Positions 26,240 to 35,625 are shown, counted from the stretch's first letter. The stretch: DNA of 64,000 nucleotides from Candidatus Falkowbacteria bacterium (GCA_003514005.1 DOSJ01000018.1:33105-97104); one strand, 5' to 3'. A program made the numbers and translations. The notes: a model not told the origin generated them from the letters alone.

Positions 26240-28144
26240 TTATTCTTGCCGAGGTTGTTTTTCAATATCTTTTGCTTCCACTCTTTTATTAATCCGATAA
26301 AGCGTGAAATCGCCTGTGATTTGCTTTGTTTTTGTTAGGCTAAGTCCGACATCGGCCAGGCGACGAGAGTTTAGATATTCAAAATCTTTTTCCGGCAAAG
26401 TAAAGTTGTAATAATATACCGGTAAGAGATCAACCAAATTCGCGTATTCCCTATTCATATTTTGGTCGTTAAATAAACCGACAATGACCTTGCGTTCGGG
26501 AAAAAATAGTTTGTCATGATAAAAAGTTATAATCGTAGAATTGTTTTCAGTCAGACTCATTACTTCCTGCCATTCATAACGGCTATTCATCTGCCTTTGG
26601 GCAAGAAAAATCAAACCTTCTTCCGAGCCGAAAAGGACGTAAGAAATCGAGATATAAAAAAATAAAAACAAAAAAATAAAACGCAAGGCAGTATAATAAA
26701 ATTTTTGATTTATTTTTTTTGCGAACAAGCTCAAGTTACCGGTTTTGCTTTTTCCTCTCTCACCAAACAGCTTATTAATCAAGGAAAGTACAGCACGCGT
26801 TAGGCGCATAATAAACATGGCCGCAAAAGGCATAGCGCCAAGATAAATCGGGAGCCAATAGCGAGTATAGGAATTGCCGATTGTGTGCCTGGTCTTGTCC
26901 GGATTGTCATTAAAAACCCAACTACCATAATACAGAACTAAAATAGCGGAAATCATGATAAGTAAAATTATAAACAACCATTGTTTTTTTGTCTGCTTTT
27001 TATAATTAAACAAATATGTGATAAAACCAAGGATGCCTGCCCAAAAAAGCCAGGCAAACATTTTTATAAAATACGCAATCACCATCCGTAAGCTAAGCCG
27101 CGGATGAAAACCAAAATGAAATACAATGTCTTTAATCTTATTCAATGTTTCAGAATACGCTGAGAAAGCACCCTTGATAGTCGAATGCGCCAAATCGGTT
27201 CCGGCGGCCGCGATTCCAACCAAGGACTGGTTCATCTCGGCATAACCGCTATTATAGTATGAGCCGTAAAGAATCTTGTTATAACGCATGGCCGGAAAAA
27301 GTGCGATTAGAAAAAATAAAACAAATATAAACAATCGGACAAAACCGATTTTTCGAAAATTAAACAACCACAAAAAAAACAATACCGGCGCAAGCCATAA
27401 CAACTCCGAAGCGCGCGTTATAACCGCAAGTCCAAAAAAAGCACCCGCCAAAGCGGAAAAAACAATCTCTAACAAATTTCTTTTAGCATATAAATTTCTA
27501 AAAATATTTTTTAGCCTTTTCAAAAATGACAGTTCTTTCAAACTGATCAAATATTTCTTTCGCGATTTTATTGATATGACAAAAAAATATAATCCGATTA
27601 TCACCAACACCATAAAAAGCACATTATGAAACATGCTCCTGGCAGTATAAAAAATATAAGGCGGAAAAACCGCAAGCATGCTCGCGGAAAGCCACGCATT
27701 GCTCTTGTTAAAAAGCTCCTTAATCAAAAGATAAAAAAATACGATACCCAAGGCGCCAAAAAACGGCGTAAGATATGGAATAATTTGATAGCCGAACACT
27801 GAAGCGATTTTTCCATATATCAATATTATTCCCAAAAAACTCATCGGCCGCAAAACGCCAGAATCAGAACGAACGCTCCGCGGATGCATTATGTCTTTTG
27901 TATAAAGATTATAGCTTTCCGAAAAAGAAATTTTTCCTTCCTGCGCGTACAGTTTTGTAAAAATATAATTCGCGGTTTCATCCGGCGATGCCCAACGAAT
28001 AAATTCTTGCGTTTTGCCCTTGTCATCAATATATTTTTGCGTATAATAATTAAAACTGCTTGTGCCCAAAAAAAACAAGACGCTTAAAAGAATAACCATC
28101 AAGAATTGCCAATTATTTTGAATTTTTTTAATTATTATTATCAT
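26240..28144 (-). CDS. Polytopic membrane protein, possible GT-C (ArnT/PMT-like) glycosyltransferase
   Basis: More than 10 TM segments and an N-terminal loop ASPDETANYIFTKLY. The track start 28177 is TTG and lies inside a repeat; ATG at 28144. Confidence 0.4.
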   Translation of the reverse strand: MIIIIKKIQNNWQFLMVILLSVLFFLGTSSFNYYTQKYIDDKGKTQEFIRWASPDETANYIFTKLYAQEGKISFSESYNLYTKDIMHPRSVRSDSGVLRPMSFLGIILIYGKIASVFGYQIIPYLTPFFGALGIVFFYLLIKELFNKSNAWLSASMLAVFPPYIFYTARSMFHNVLFMVLVIIGLYFFVISIKSRKKYLISLKELSFLKRLKNIFRNLYAKRNLLEIVFSALAGAFFGLAVITRASELLWLAPVLFFLWLFNFRKIGFVRLFIFVLFFLIALFPAMRYNKILYGSYYNSGYAEMNQSLVGIAAAGTDLAHSTIKGAFSAYSETLNKIKDIVFHFGFHPRLSLRMVIAYFIKMFAWLFWAGILGFITYLFNYKKQTKKQWLFIILLIMISAILVLYYGSWVFNDNPDKTRHTIGNSYTRYWLPIYLGAMPFAAMFIMRLTRAVLSLINKLFGERGKSKTGNLSLFAKKINQKFYYTALRFIFLFLFFYISISYVLFGSEEGLIFLAQRQMNSRYEWQEVMSLTENNSTIITFYHDKLFFPERKVIVGLFNDQNMNREYANLVDLLPVYYYNFTLPEKDFEYLNSRRLADVGLSLTKTKQITGDFTLYRINKRVEAKDIEKQPRQE

Positions 28145-28174
28145 AAGAAATACGAAGTTTTGTTTTTTTTCAAA

Positions 28175-28293
28175 CAAATCTTTGATATCTCTTATTTTTT
28201 CTCCGAGGACTGTCTGAGCCTAAATAAAGATTGGTCGCCCTCGCGGTGTGGGCGAGTTCCGCAGGAGGAAAAATAAGAGATATCAAAGATTTG
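28175..28293 (+). repeat. Hairpin element with conserved core, copy 2 (different arms)
   Basis: Arms caaatctttgatatctcttattttttctcc (28175-28204) / ggaggaaaaataagagatatcaaagatttg (28264-28293). Core is gaggactgtctgagcc...gagttccgcag with an internal GC hairpin. Confidence 0.75.
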
Positions 28294-28312
28294 CGTTTTT
28301 AGTAAAAACAGA

Positions 28313-30307
28313 ATGACAGCGATATGGAAATCATGTATAATCAACTATATGAACACATCAATCGATAAACTAATAAAATACGCTCTGATTTGCCTTAACC
28401 TAATCATTATTTGGGGCGCTTTTGTATATCGGGTATTTAGCCTTGGAATTATCGGTATTATTAGTGTTTTAATCTTAGCATTTTTATCATTTTTCATTAT
28501 ACTTTATATATTTAATAAATTCAACCAAGAAACGATTGATTTAAAAATTAAAAAAATAAATGAAATAAATCAAAAAAAATACGTAATTGCCGATTATGCC
28601 CTGCCATTTCTATATGTTATTCTTATGCTTTGCTGTACACATTTTTTGTACAGCTCCGGCACGACAGACGCGATAATATCGCCCTGGCAAAAAGTACCAT
28701 ACTATTTCTTTGCCGCTTTTTTTTCCGCCTCGCTTTGTCTCGCGGCCATAATTCTAAGGAACAAACCGTTAGCCAAGGCGTTGATTTTTTTGCACTACCT
28801 TTTGATTTTTTCCGTAGCGGTTTTTATTTACAAGATCGGCTATGGCTTTGACCCGTTTATTCATCAAGCAACGGAAAAACTGATAAGCCAAACCGGCGCC
28901 GTCGAACCGAAACCTTTCTATTATCTTGGACAATACGCGCTTATTACAATAATCAACAAACTATGCGCTATTCCGATTGTATGGCTGGACAAACTTTTGG
29001 TTCCGGTTTTAGCGGCATTTACTTTGCCTGCCGCGCTTTTTTTAACCTTAACAAAATGGCTGGAAAACAAAAACATCATGCTCCTAACGATTTTCTTATT
29101 GCCTATTTTACCTTTTTCTTTTTTTATCGTCACCACACCCCAAAATCTGGCCTATCTTTTCCTTATCCTGGTTCTGATTTTCGGCTTGCATGCCAAAAAC
29201 CGCTTAGACCTTCTGAATATAATTCTATTGTCTTTATCCGCTTTTGCCGTCCATCCCCTTGCCGGAATCCCGACAATCCTTTTCGCGCTTCTACTACTTG
29301 TTTATTATGCCGGTAAACAGCAATTCAAAAATAATTATTATCGGATTATTTTCTTACTAATGGCGATTGCCCTTCCCTTAGCCTTTCTTTTTATCCAACA
29401 AAAAACGGGCATAAACGCTACAGACAGCACTTCTTCAATCGGTTCTGCCATAGACTGGCCGGAAATCAAAATCCCGGATAAAGAAAACGCAATCTTGAAT
29501 ACAGTCTATCTTTTTATTTTTAATTTTAAACTACTGTTTTCACTACTGGCGATATCCGGTCTGACTATTATTTTAAAAAACCGAAAAGAATGCAAAGTTC
29601 TCTTCTTGTATCTTTTTTCCAGTCTGGCAATGTTTATCTCGTATCTGATCAGCTCCCGACTTTCATTCGGCTTCCTGATCGAATATGAACGCAGTGATTA
29701 TAATAATCGGATTCTTTTGATTGCCGCAATTTTTCTTTTCCCGTTAGCTTTGTTGGCGATTCACGCTTTTCTACTTAAACTGATGAAACAAAATAAAATT
29801 ATCATATCTATTTTTATTGTCTTTTTTAGTTTTCTTTTAACAACATCACTTTACGCTTCATATCCGCGTTTTGATAATTATCATAATTCCCACGGTTATT
29901 CGGTAAGCAAAAATGACATTCTTGCCGTAGAATGGATAAATAATGACGCAAAAGGCGATTATATTGTCCTAGCCAATCAGCAAGTCAGCGCGGCTAGCTT
30001 AAAAACATTTGGTTTTAAAAAATATTTCAAAGGAAAGGGTGATAATGCAGAAGACATATTTTATTACCCAATCCCAACCGGCGGCCCATTGTATCAACTG
30101 TATTTGGATATGGTTTACAAAAAGCCGACGCGCAGTACAGTACTATCCGCTCTTGACCTAACCGGAGCAAAAACCGGATATTTTGTCCTGAATAAATACT
30201 GGTGGGCATTCCCAAAAATCGCTGCAGAAGCGAAGCTTGAGGCGGATTCTTGGCAGGAGATTGGTGAGGGAGAGATTTTTGTTTTTAAATACGAGTTAGG
30301 TGATTAG
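28313..30307 (+). CDS. Polytopic membrane protein with C-terminal soluble domain
   Basis: 664 aa, about 14 hydrophobic segments. No motif recognised. Confidence 0.5.
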   Translation: MTAIWKSCIINYMNTSIDKLIKYALICLNLIIIWGAFVYRVFSLGIIGIISVLILAFLSFFIILYIFNKFNQETIDLKIKKINEINQKKYVIADYALPFLYVILMLCCTHFLYSSGTTDAIISPWQKVPYYFFAAFFSASLCLAAIILRNKPLAKALIFLHYLLIFSVAVFIYKIGYGFDPFIHQATEKLISQTGAVEPKPFYYLGQYALITIINKLCAIPIVWLDKLLVPVLAAFTLPAALFLTLTKWLENKNIMLLTIFLLPILPFSFFIVTTPQNLAYLFLILVLIFGLHAKNRLDLLNIILLSLSAFAVHPLAGIPTILFALLLLVYYAGKQQFKNNYYRIIFLLMAIALPLAFLFIQQKTGINATDSTSSIGSAIDWPEIKIPDKENAILNTVYLFIFNFKLLFSLLAISGLTIILKNRKECKVLFLYLFSSLAMFISYLISSRLSFGFLIEYERSDYNNRILLIAAIFLFPLALLAIHAFLLKLMKQNKIIISIFIVFFSFLLTTSLYASYPRFDNYHNSHGYSVSKNDILAVEWINNDAKGDYIVLANQQVSAASLKTFGFKKYFKGKGDNAEDIFYYPIPTGGPLYQLYLDMVYKKPTRSTVLSALDLTGAKTGYFVLNKYWWAFPKIAAEAKLEADSWQEIGEGEIFVFKYELGD

Positions 30308-30310
30308 GTG

Positions 30311-30382
30311 CTTAGGTACTTGGGGCATAGGGGTTTATAATCAAAATTCTATTTAAAAATCCCTATGCCCCAAGTACCTAAG
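30311..30382. terminator. 22-bp perfect hairpin between convergent genes (probable bidirectional terminator)
   Basis: cttaggtacttggggcataggg (30311-30332) / ccctatgccccaagtacctaag (30361-30382), with a T-run shortly after. Confidence 0.5.
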
Positions 30383-30446
30383 TACCTAAAAATTTTTTTA
30401 CAAAAAAAACAGCGGTTGATTCAAGCCGCTGCTTTTTATATAAAAC

Positions 30447-31346
30447 CTATTTCTTCTTCTTCCGATTCAAATCCACCTCAACCACAATTTTCGTTCCGTT
30501 TTCTCCGCCTTCGCGGAATTCAACGTCAACGGATTCTTTTAGCGTGTGGTGTCCGACCACTATTCCGCGCTTGCCGTCGACATTCACTTTGGTTCCGAGC
30601 GGCGGTAGTCTTTTTGCCAACTCTTCATAGCCTTTTTGTTCGTATGCCAAACAACACATCAGACGCCCGCAGATGCCGGAAATGCGGTCAGAGCCGCGAT
30701 GCGAGCAATCCTGCAGTTCCGCCATTTCCGAATTTATCGATTCCAGCTGGCGCAAATGACCGCGGCAACAAAGGCCTTTACCGCAATGACCGATATCACC
30801 CATAATCTTGGCCTCGTCGCGGATGCCAATCTGCTGTAAACGGATACTCTTATTAAAACTTCTGGTCAGCTCCTTTACAAGCTCGCGAAAGTCCACCCGG
30901 CCGTCGGCAATGAACGCGAAGGTAATACGGGAACCGTCATAGGAAAAATGCGCATCAACGAATTTCATTGGCAGATTAAAACGGTCTTTTACTTTTTGGC
31001 AAATATCCAAAGCGGCTTGCTTGTCTTTCGCGGCAGTCATCCGCTCCAAATCATGAGCCGATGCTTTGCGGATTATCGCCTTAATCACCTTTTCGTTCGT
31101 TTCCGAAACATTCTGACCGGCGTTTTCCATAGGCTCCGTTTGCGCGGATTGTTCACCGGCGTTCTCGGCCAATTCTTCAACCCTGACTTTCTTTGGATCT
31201 ATTTCAATAAAACCGACAATCTCACCCAGTTCCATACCTAGCTCCGTTTTCACAATCACCTTGTCCCCCACAGCCAAATCCAAACCATTCAAAGAAAAAT
31301 TATATTCCTTGTCCCAAGATACGAATTTTATTTGAGCTATCTTCAT
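30447..31346 (-). CDS. PSP1-domain protein (RicT/YaaT-like)
   Basis: DGSRITFAFIADGRVDFRELVKELTRSFNKSIRLQQIGIRDEAK and a Cys cluster GHCGKGLCC...GRLMCC. Confidence 0.8.
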   Translation of the reverse strand: MKIAQIKFVSWDKEYNFSLNGLDLAVGDKVIVKTELGMELGEIVGFIEIDPKKVRVEELAENAGEQSAQTEPMENAGQNVSETNEKVIKAIIRKASAHDLERMTAAKDKQAALDICQKVKDRFNLPMKFVDAHFSYDGSRITFAFIADGRVDFRELVKELTRSFNKSIRLQQIGIRDEAKIMGDIGHCGKGLCCRGHLRQLESINSEMAELQDCSHRGSDRISGICGRLMCCLAYEQKGYEELAKRLPPLGTKVNVDGKRGIVVGHHTLKESVDVEFREGGENGTKIVVEVDLNRKKKK

Positions 31347-31445
31347 ATATTATGTGTCCGTACAATCCGATTCAAAAATCAATAATCATAAATACGCAAA
31401 CGGCTTCGCGGATTTACGTGGATTAAGCGCGGATTTACGCTGATA

Positions 31446-32240
31446 TTATAGGCTAAATCGAACAAATTTTTCAATCTTAACATCGCCCAAAATATCTTTT
31501 ACTTTTTTCTTGTCATCTTTGATATATTCCTGATTCAATAGACAAACATCCTCATAATATTTGTTTACTTTTCCGACTAGGATTTTTTCAACAATTTCAG
31601 CCGGCTTGCCTTCGTTTTTTAACTGTTCGCGATAGATTTCTTTTTCTTTCTCAAGCTCCTCAGCAGGTACCTCGGAAGACTCAAGATAGCGCGGATTGGA
31701 GGCGGCTGCTTGCATGGCAATGTCGTAGGCCAAGTCCTTTTTATCCGCCTTGTCTAACGCAACCAAAACACCGATTCTTCCACCCATATGGCTATAAGAA
31801 GCCACGGTTTCGCCTTTTACAATCGCGAAACGGGAAACGCTGATTTTCTCGCCGATGGTGCCGCTCAAATGACCCAAGGCATCATTGACATTGCTTTCCG
31901 CGTATTCAAGATTTAACAAAGCCTCCAGATTTTCCGGCTTATTCGCAATCAACAAAGAGAGCAAATCATCGGTAAATTTTTGAAACTTTTCATTACGCGC
32001 CACAAAATCAGTCTCGGAATTAACTTCCAAAATATAGCCTTCATTACCTGCCTCGTTCACTGCCAATTTGACAATGCCCTCGGTCGCATCACGCTCACCG
32101 CGCTTTGCCGCCTTGGCAATCCCTTTTTTTCTAAGTATTTCCGCTGCCATCTCAATATTTCCGCCCGCTTCATCAAGCGCCTTTTTACAATCAACCATTC
32201 CGGCACCGGTTTTTTCACGTAAAATTTTTATATTTTCCAT
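31446..32240 (-). CDS. tsf: Translation elongation factor Ts
   Basis: ILREKTGAGMVDCKKALDEAGGNIEMAAEILRKKG UBA-like N-terminus. Located downstream of rpsB. Confidence 0.9.
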   Translation of the reverse strand: MENIKILREKTGAGMVDCKKALDEAGGNIEMAAEILRKKGIAKAAKRGERDATEGIVKLAVNEAGNEGYILEVNSETDFVARNEKFQKFTDDLLSLLIANKPENLEALLNLEYAESNVNDALGHLSGTIGEKISVSRFAIVKGETVASYSHMGGRIGVLVALDKADKKDLAYDIAMQAAASNPRYLESSEVPAEELEKEKEIYREQLKNEGKPAEIVEKILVGKVNKYYEDVCLLNQEYIKDDKKKVKDILGDVKIEKFVRFSL

Positions 32241-32253
32241 ATTTTAGGTACTT

Positions 32254-32325
32254 AGGTACTTAGGGAATAGGAAATAAAAAAAACATTCTATTTCCTTGCC
32301 AAAGGTACCTATGCCCTAAGTACCT
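32254..32325. repeat. Hairpin of aggtacttaggg words in the rpsB-tsf spacer
   Basis: aggtacttagggaatagg (32254-32271) / cctatgccctaagtacct (32308-32325), 1 mismatch. Related to the hairpin at 30311-30382. Confidence 0.7.
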
Positions 32326-32373
32326 ATGCCCTAATGTACTTTTTCTTAAAAATTAATAATAAAGATCAAAAAA

Positions 32374-33096
32374 TTATTTTTTTTCAACCACCGTAGCGGA
32401 AGCCGAAGCTCTCTCCTTCTTCCCTTCTAAAACAGCCTCGCAGACTGCGTTCAAGAGAAGCTTGATGGTTTTTGTCGCGTCATCATTGGAAGGAATAACG
32501 TAGTTGATGCCGCTTGGGTTTGAGTTGGTGTCGCACACCGCGATAATCGGAATATTTTTCTTTTGCGCTTCAATCATTGCGGTTTTCTCGTGGCCGATGT
32601 CCCAGATAAAAAGTGCATCCGGCATGCGAGTAACATTAGTCAGACCACCCACCTTTAATTTTAATCTGGCTAATTCGCGATCTATATTTAAGCGTTCTTT
32701 TTTTGTATATTTATCCAGAGTACCTGCGGCCTTATCGCGGCTTAGGTCATTGTATTTTTTAATTACTTTTTTAATTACCGCAAAATTGGTCAAGCATCCG
32801 CCCATCCATTTTTCTTTTACATATGGCATACCGCTTTCCGTAGCGATTCTTTCGATGGTTTTTTTCGCCTGGATTTTCGTGCCGACAAAAAGGATTGTCT
32901 TGTCTTCGGCCGCCATTTTTTTGATATACTCCAGCGCGGTTTCAAGCAACTGTCTGGATTTTACCAAATCAATGATATGCACCCCATTGCGCGCGTCAAA
33001 AATATAAGGCGCGAATTTCGGATGCCATTTACTGGTTCGATGCCCAAAATGCATACCGGCCTTGAGCATCTGTTCGATTGTAGGAATTGTTGTCAT
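32374..33096 (-). CDS. rpsB: 30S ribosomal protein S2
   Basis: MLKAGMHFGHRTSKWHPKFAPYIFDARNGVHIIDL. Confidence 0.95.
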   Translation of the reverse strand: MTTIPTIEQMLKAGMHFGHRTSKWHPKFAPYIFDARNGVHIIDLVKSRQLLETALEYIKKMAAEDKTILFVGTKIQAKKTIERIATESGMPYVKEKWMGGCLTNFAVIKKVIKKYNDLSRDKAAGTLDKYTKKERLNIDRELARLKLKVGGLTNVTRMPDALFIWDIGHEKTAMIEAQKKNIPIIAVCDTNSNPSGINYVIPSNDDATKTIKLLLNAVCEAVLEGKKERASASATVVEKK

Positions 33097-33099
33097 AAT

Positions 33100-33320
33100 T
33101 TTTCCTTTTGATCCTGCTCTATAAAATATAATTATCTTTATAGATTAAAAAATTAACCTTTTTACTTTCAAGTTTTTTGCCTTTTTATTTTTTTTGTCGG
33201 GAAGCAGCCTCTTTATTATATTTTGTTATAGAGGCATTGCAAGGAGATAAAAAAAATAAAAAGGCAAAAAACAGTTTGCTAGTAAATTTTAAAGATAACT
33301 ACAAGGAAAATTATAGAGTT
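33100..33320 (-). promoter_or_regulatory. Structured leader upstream of rpsB-tsf
   Basis: 24-nt arms gttttttgcctttttatttttttt (33172-33195) / aaaaaaaataaaaaggcaaaaaac (33249-33272) enclose the hairpin gcctct..agaggc. The outer segments ctctataa (33117) and ttatagag (33311) are complementary. Confidence 0.4.
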
Positions 33321-33423
33321 TAGGAGTTTAATTTAATAATAAAAGTGGCTCGCGCCACATATATAAACTATAATATTTACAAATAAATGTCAATGTTGAC
33401 AAGATATTGATTTTGTTGCTTAA

Positions 33424-33783
33424 TTATTTTTTAGCATATGTAATGTTTGGTTCGCTATTATATTTTGGCTTTACGATACTAAACGGCTGTTTTTTTGTAT
33501 TTCTAGCCTTATTTACGGGTATTCCTAGGGCATACCCAAGCGTATTTGCAGTAACAATTCCAATTCTAAGCGCCGTAAAGCCTTCGCCTTCGTCAGCTAC
33601 GAATATATTATGTAAATCAGATAATTTTATCTTTGCCTTTTTTAATAATTTCTCAATCGCCGGCAATAATAACTCGGCTTGAGAATACTTAGCCTCAATT
33701 ACAATATTTCCAATAATTTTTTTATTGCTTTTAAGACTTAAACCGATTTTCTCGTTCTTACTTGTATCAATATATAATTCCAT
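33424..33783 (-). CDS. tsaB: Short TsaB/YeaZ-like protein (t6A pathway, N-terminal domain only)
   Basis: MELYIDTS...LSDLHNIFVADEGEGFTALRIGIVTANTLGYALGIPV. The track start 33801 is TTG; ATG at 33783. Confidence 0.6.
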   Translation of the reverse strand: MELYIDTSKNEKIGLSLKSNKKIIGNIVIEAKYSQAELLLPAIEKLLKKAKIKLSDLHNIFVADEGEGFTALRIGIVTANTLGYALGIPVNKARNTKKQPFSIVKPKYNSEPNITYAKK

Positions 33784-33852
33784 ATTACTTAATACTATCA
33801 AATAAAAATAATACCCGCAACCTGACTTTTTTCGTCTGGTTGCGGGTGGCAG

Positions 33853-34083
33853 TTAGTTTTTTTTCTGATAATCCTCGATTCTTTTTTCAAGAATAAAAAT
33901 CTGTTCTTCCAGGTCGTTCGTTTTTTCTTGTAAACGAACAAATTCTTCTTTTACTACGGTTTCTTCTGTCATGAAATCTTCAATTTTCTCCTTTGAGCCA
34001 GGAATAAAAATCGCAATCAATAAAATCACAATTGCAACCGTTGCCAAAAACTCAATCACCGTAAAACCTTTGTTATTATTCAC
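33853..34083 (-). CDS. Type IV pilin-like protein (prepilin N-terminus)
   Basis: GTG at 34083 preceded by AGGAGGG gives MNNNKG/FTVIEFLATVAIVILLIAIF, a class III signal peptide. The upstream ATG (34191) lies in a family-1 repeat. Confidence 0.65.
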   Translation of the reverse strand: MNNNKGFTVIEFLATVAIVILLIAIFIPGSKEKIEDFMTEETVVKEEFVRLQEKTNDLEEQIFILEKRIEDYQKKN

Positions 34084-34119
34084 AATCCCTCCTATAAATT
34101 TTTTTAAAAACTTTTTTCT

Positions 34120-34189
34120 ATCATTTCCGCTTAGGTGGGAATCCAGATTAGAATAATTTACCCTGGATTCCCGCCTACGCGGGAATGAC
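34120..34189. repeat. Family-1 palindromic element (one degenerate arm)
   Basis: ...ggtgggaatccag...ctggattcccgcctacgcgggaatgac. Confidence 0.75.
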
Positions 34190-34226
34190 AAAAAAGAAGT
34201 GAGTTTTCTAAAAAATCATCAAAAAA

Positions 34227-35345
34227 TTATTTTTTTTCAGCAATCGCCTCTTCGTATAAATTCAAAACATCGGTTGTTATCTTATTCCAATTATAATTTT
34301 CATTTACATGCTTTATTAAATACGCGGATCTTGCATTTAATTCTTCCTTATTATCAAGCAGATATTTTAGCTTTTCCGTCAAATCGTTTGCGTCCTTATT
34401 GGAAAAGGTATAACCAATATCCAAGACCGCCTCTTTGTTTTCCGGAATATCACTGACTAGGACATTAGTGCCATACGACATGGCTTCCAAGAGCGATATC
34501 GAAAGTCCTTCTGATTCGGACGGTTGAATGAAAAGGTATGCATTTGAGTAAAGCTCGGCTAATGCTTGTCCGGATTGGCGTCCGGTAAAAATTATCCTGT
34601 CATCTTCCGCGGCCATAGCGCGCAGTTCCTCGACATAAGAATCAGTAAAAAACCCATCACCGACAATCACAAGCTTTTTATCTGTGTTAAGTTTTTTAAA
34701 TGCTTGAATCGCGTAATGAATACCTTTGTGCTGAATCAAACGCGAAACCATGACAATATATGAATCTTTACTCAAAGACCATTTTTCATCAATAATATTT
34801 GCGGCTTGAGCAATCCCGGTATTTACGCCATTTGGAATATAGTTCGCTTTCCGCTTATAACTCGCCTCCGCATACGTTTGCAAGCCCTCTGATATCGTAA
34901 TAACACGATCCGCAAGCTTACAGCACGTTTTCTCTCCCAGTTTTAGACTGAAACGCGCGAATGAGCCCCACTTTTTATGCAGATAGCAAAGCGTATGAAA
35001 AGTCGCGACCACCGGAATTCTTGGTTTTAGAATTTTAACCAGCCAAATCATAATCGAGGGCCCGATTGAATGAAAATGGACAACATCAACCCTGCGGCGA
35101 AGCAGATCAAAACAAGCCAATACAGTATGACTGATAGCATCTAGGTGCTTTGTCGGGATACTTGGCAAGCTAACCAAATGCACTCCCCTGTACATTTTAA
35201 GGCTTTTATCCGTATAGTTAGGGCGCGTATAAACAATCACCTCATGCCCGCGATCCGCCATTTGCGCCGCTAGCTCCTCAACGTGCGTTTCTACGCCACC
35301 GGATACAGCCGGAATGCCTTTTTGTCCAATTATGGCTATTCTCAT
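34227..35345 (-). CDS. GT4-family glycosyltransferase
   Basis: MRIAIIGQKGIPAVSGGVETHVEELA N-terminus and an E..G.S..EAM-type C-terminal motif (SESEGLSISLLEAMSYG). ATG at 35345 lies downstream of the predicted promoter. Confidence 0.75.
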   Translation of the reverse strand: MRIAIIGQKGIPAVSGGVETHVEELAAQMADRGHEVIVYTRPNYTDKSLKMYRGVHLVSLPSIPTKHLDAISHTVLACFDLLRRRVDVVHFHSIGPSIMIWLVKILKPRIPVVATFHTLCYLHKKWGSFARFSLKLGEKTCCKLADRVITISEGLQTYAEASYKRKANYIPNGVNTGIAQAANIIDEKWSLSKDSYIVMVSRLIQHKGIHYAIQAFKKLNTDKKLVIVGDGFFTDSYVEELRAMAAEDDRIIFTGRQSGQALAELYSNAYLFIQPSESEGLSISLLEAMSYGTNVLVSDIPENKEAVLDIGYTFSNKDANDLTEKLKYLLDNKEELNARSAYLIKHVNENYNWNKITTDVLNLYEEAIAEKK

Positions 35346-35365
35346 ATTTTTTAGATTGATAAACA

Positions 35366-35394
35366 AATATAGAATAAATAAGTCTTTCTGTCAA
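35366..35394 (-). promoter_or_regulatory. Sigma70-like promoter
   Basis: Minus strand: TTGACA (35394-35389), N17, TATATT (35371-35366). Confidence 0.45.
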
Positions 35395-35458
35395 GTCATC
35401 TTTATCAACCAAATATCTTTAATATTCTAATAATTATTTTCTAGTAAACATATATTTT

Positions 35459-35625
35459 GTCATCTCGAACCGCAGTGAGAGATCTTTAATACATGAACAT
35501 TAACAGAATTAAAATTTTTGAAAAATTAAGAATATCAAATCTTTTTTTATAGTATTCATTGATAATGATTCACGTATTAAAGATCTCTCCGCTCGCTTCG
35601 CTCGGTCGAGATGACAAAATAACAA
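35459..35625. repeat. Family-2 palindromic element (gtcatctcga...gagagatctttaatac)
   Basis: Arms at 35459-35492 and 35584-35625. The right arm carries an extra ccgctcgcttcgctcgg. Confidence 0.75.

Noticed and set aside
33355-33395. rpsB promoter TTGACA...TATAGT
   Set aside because: The spacer is only 15 nt (12 nt to the alternative TATTAT), unlike the six N17 promoters accepted elsewhere. Left uncalled.
34084-34191. N-terminal extensions MSFPRRRESR..., MLLILDSRLRGNDK... (41051-41101) and MTGYKN (43044-43061)
   Set aside because: They are translations of the family-1 palindromic repeat or its flank. Internal starts with SD sequences or promoters give canonical N-termini.
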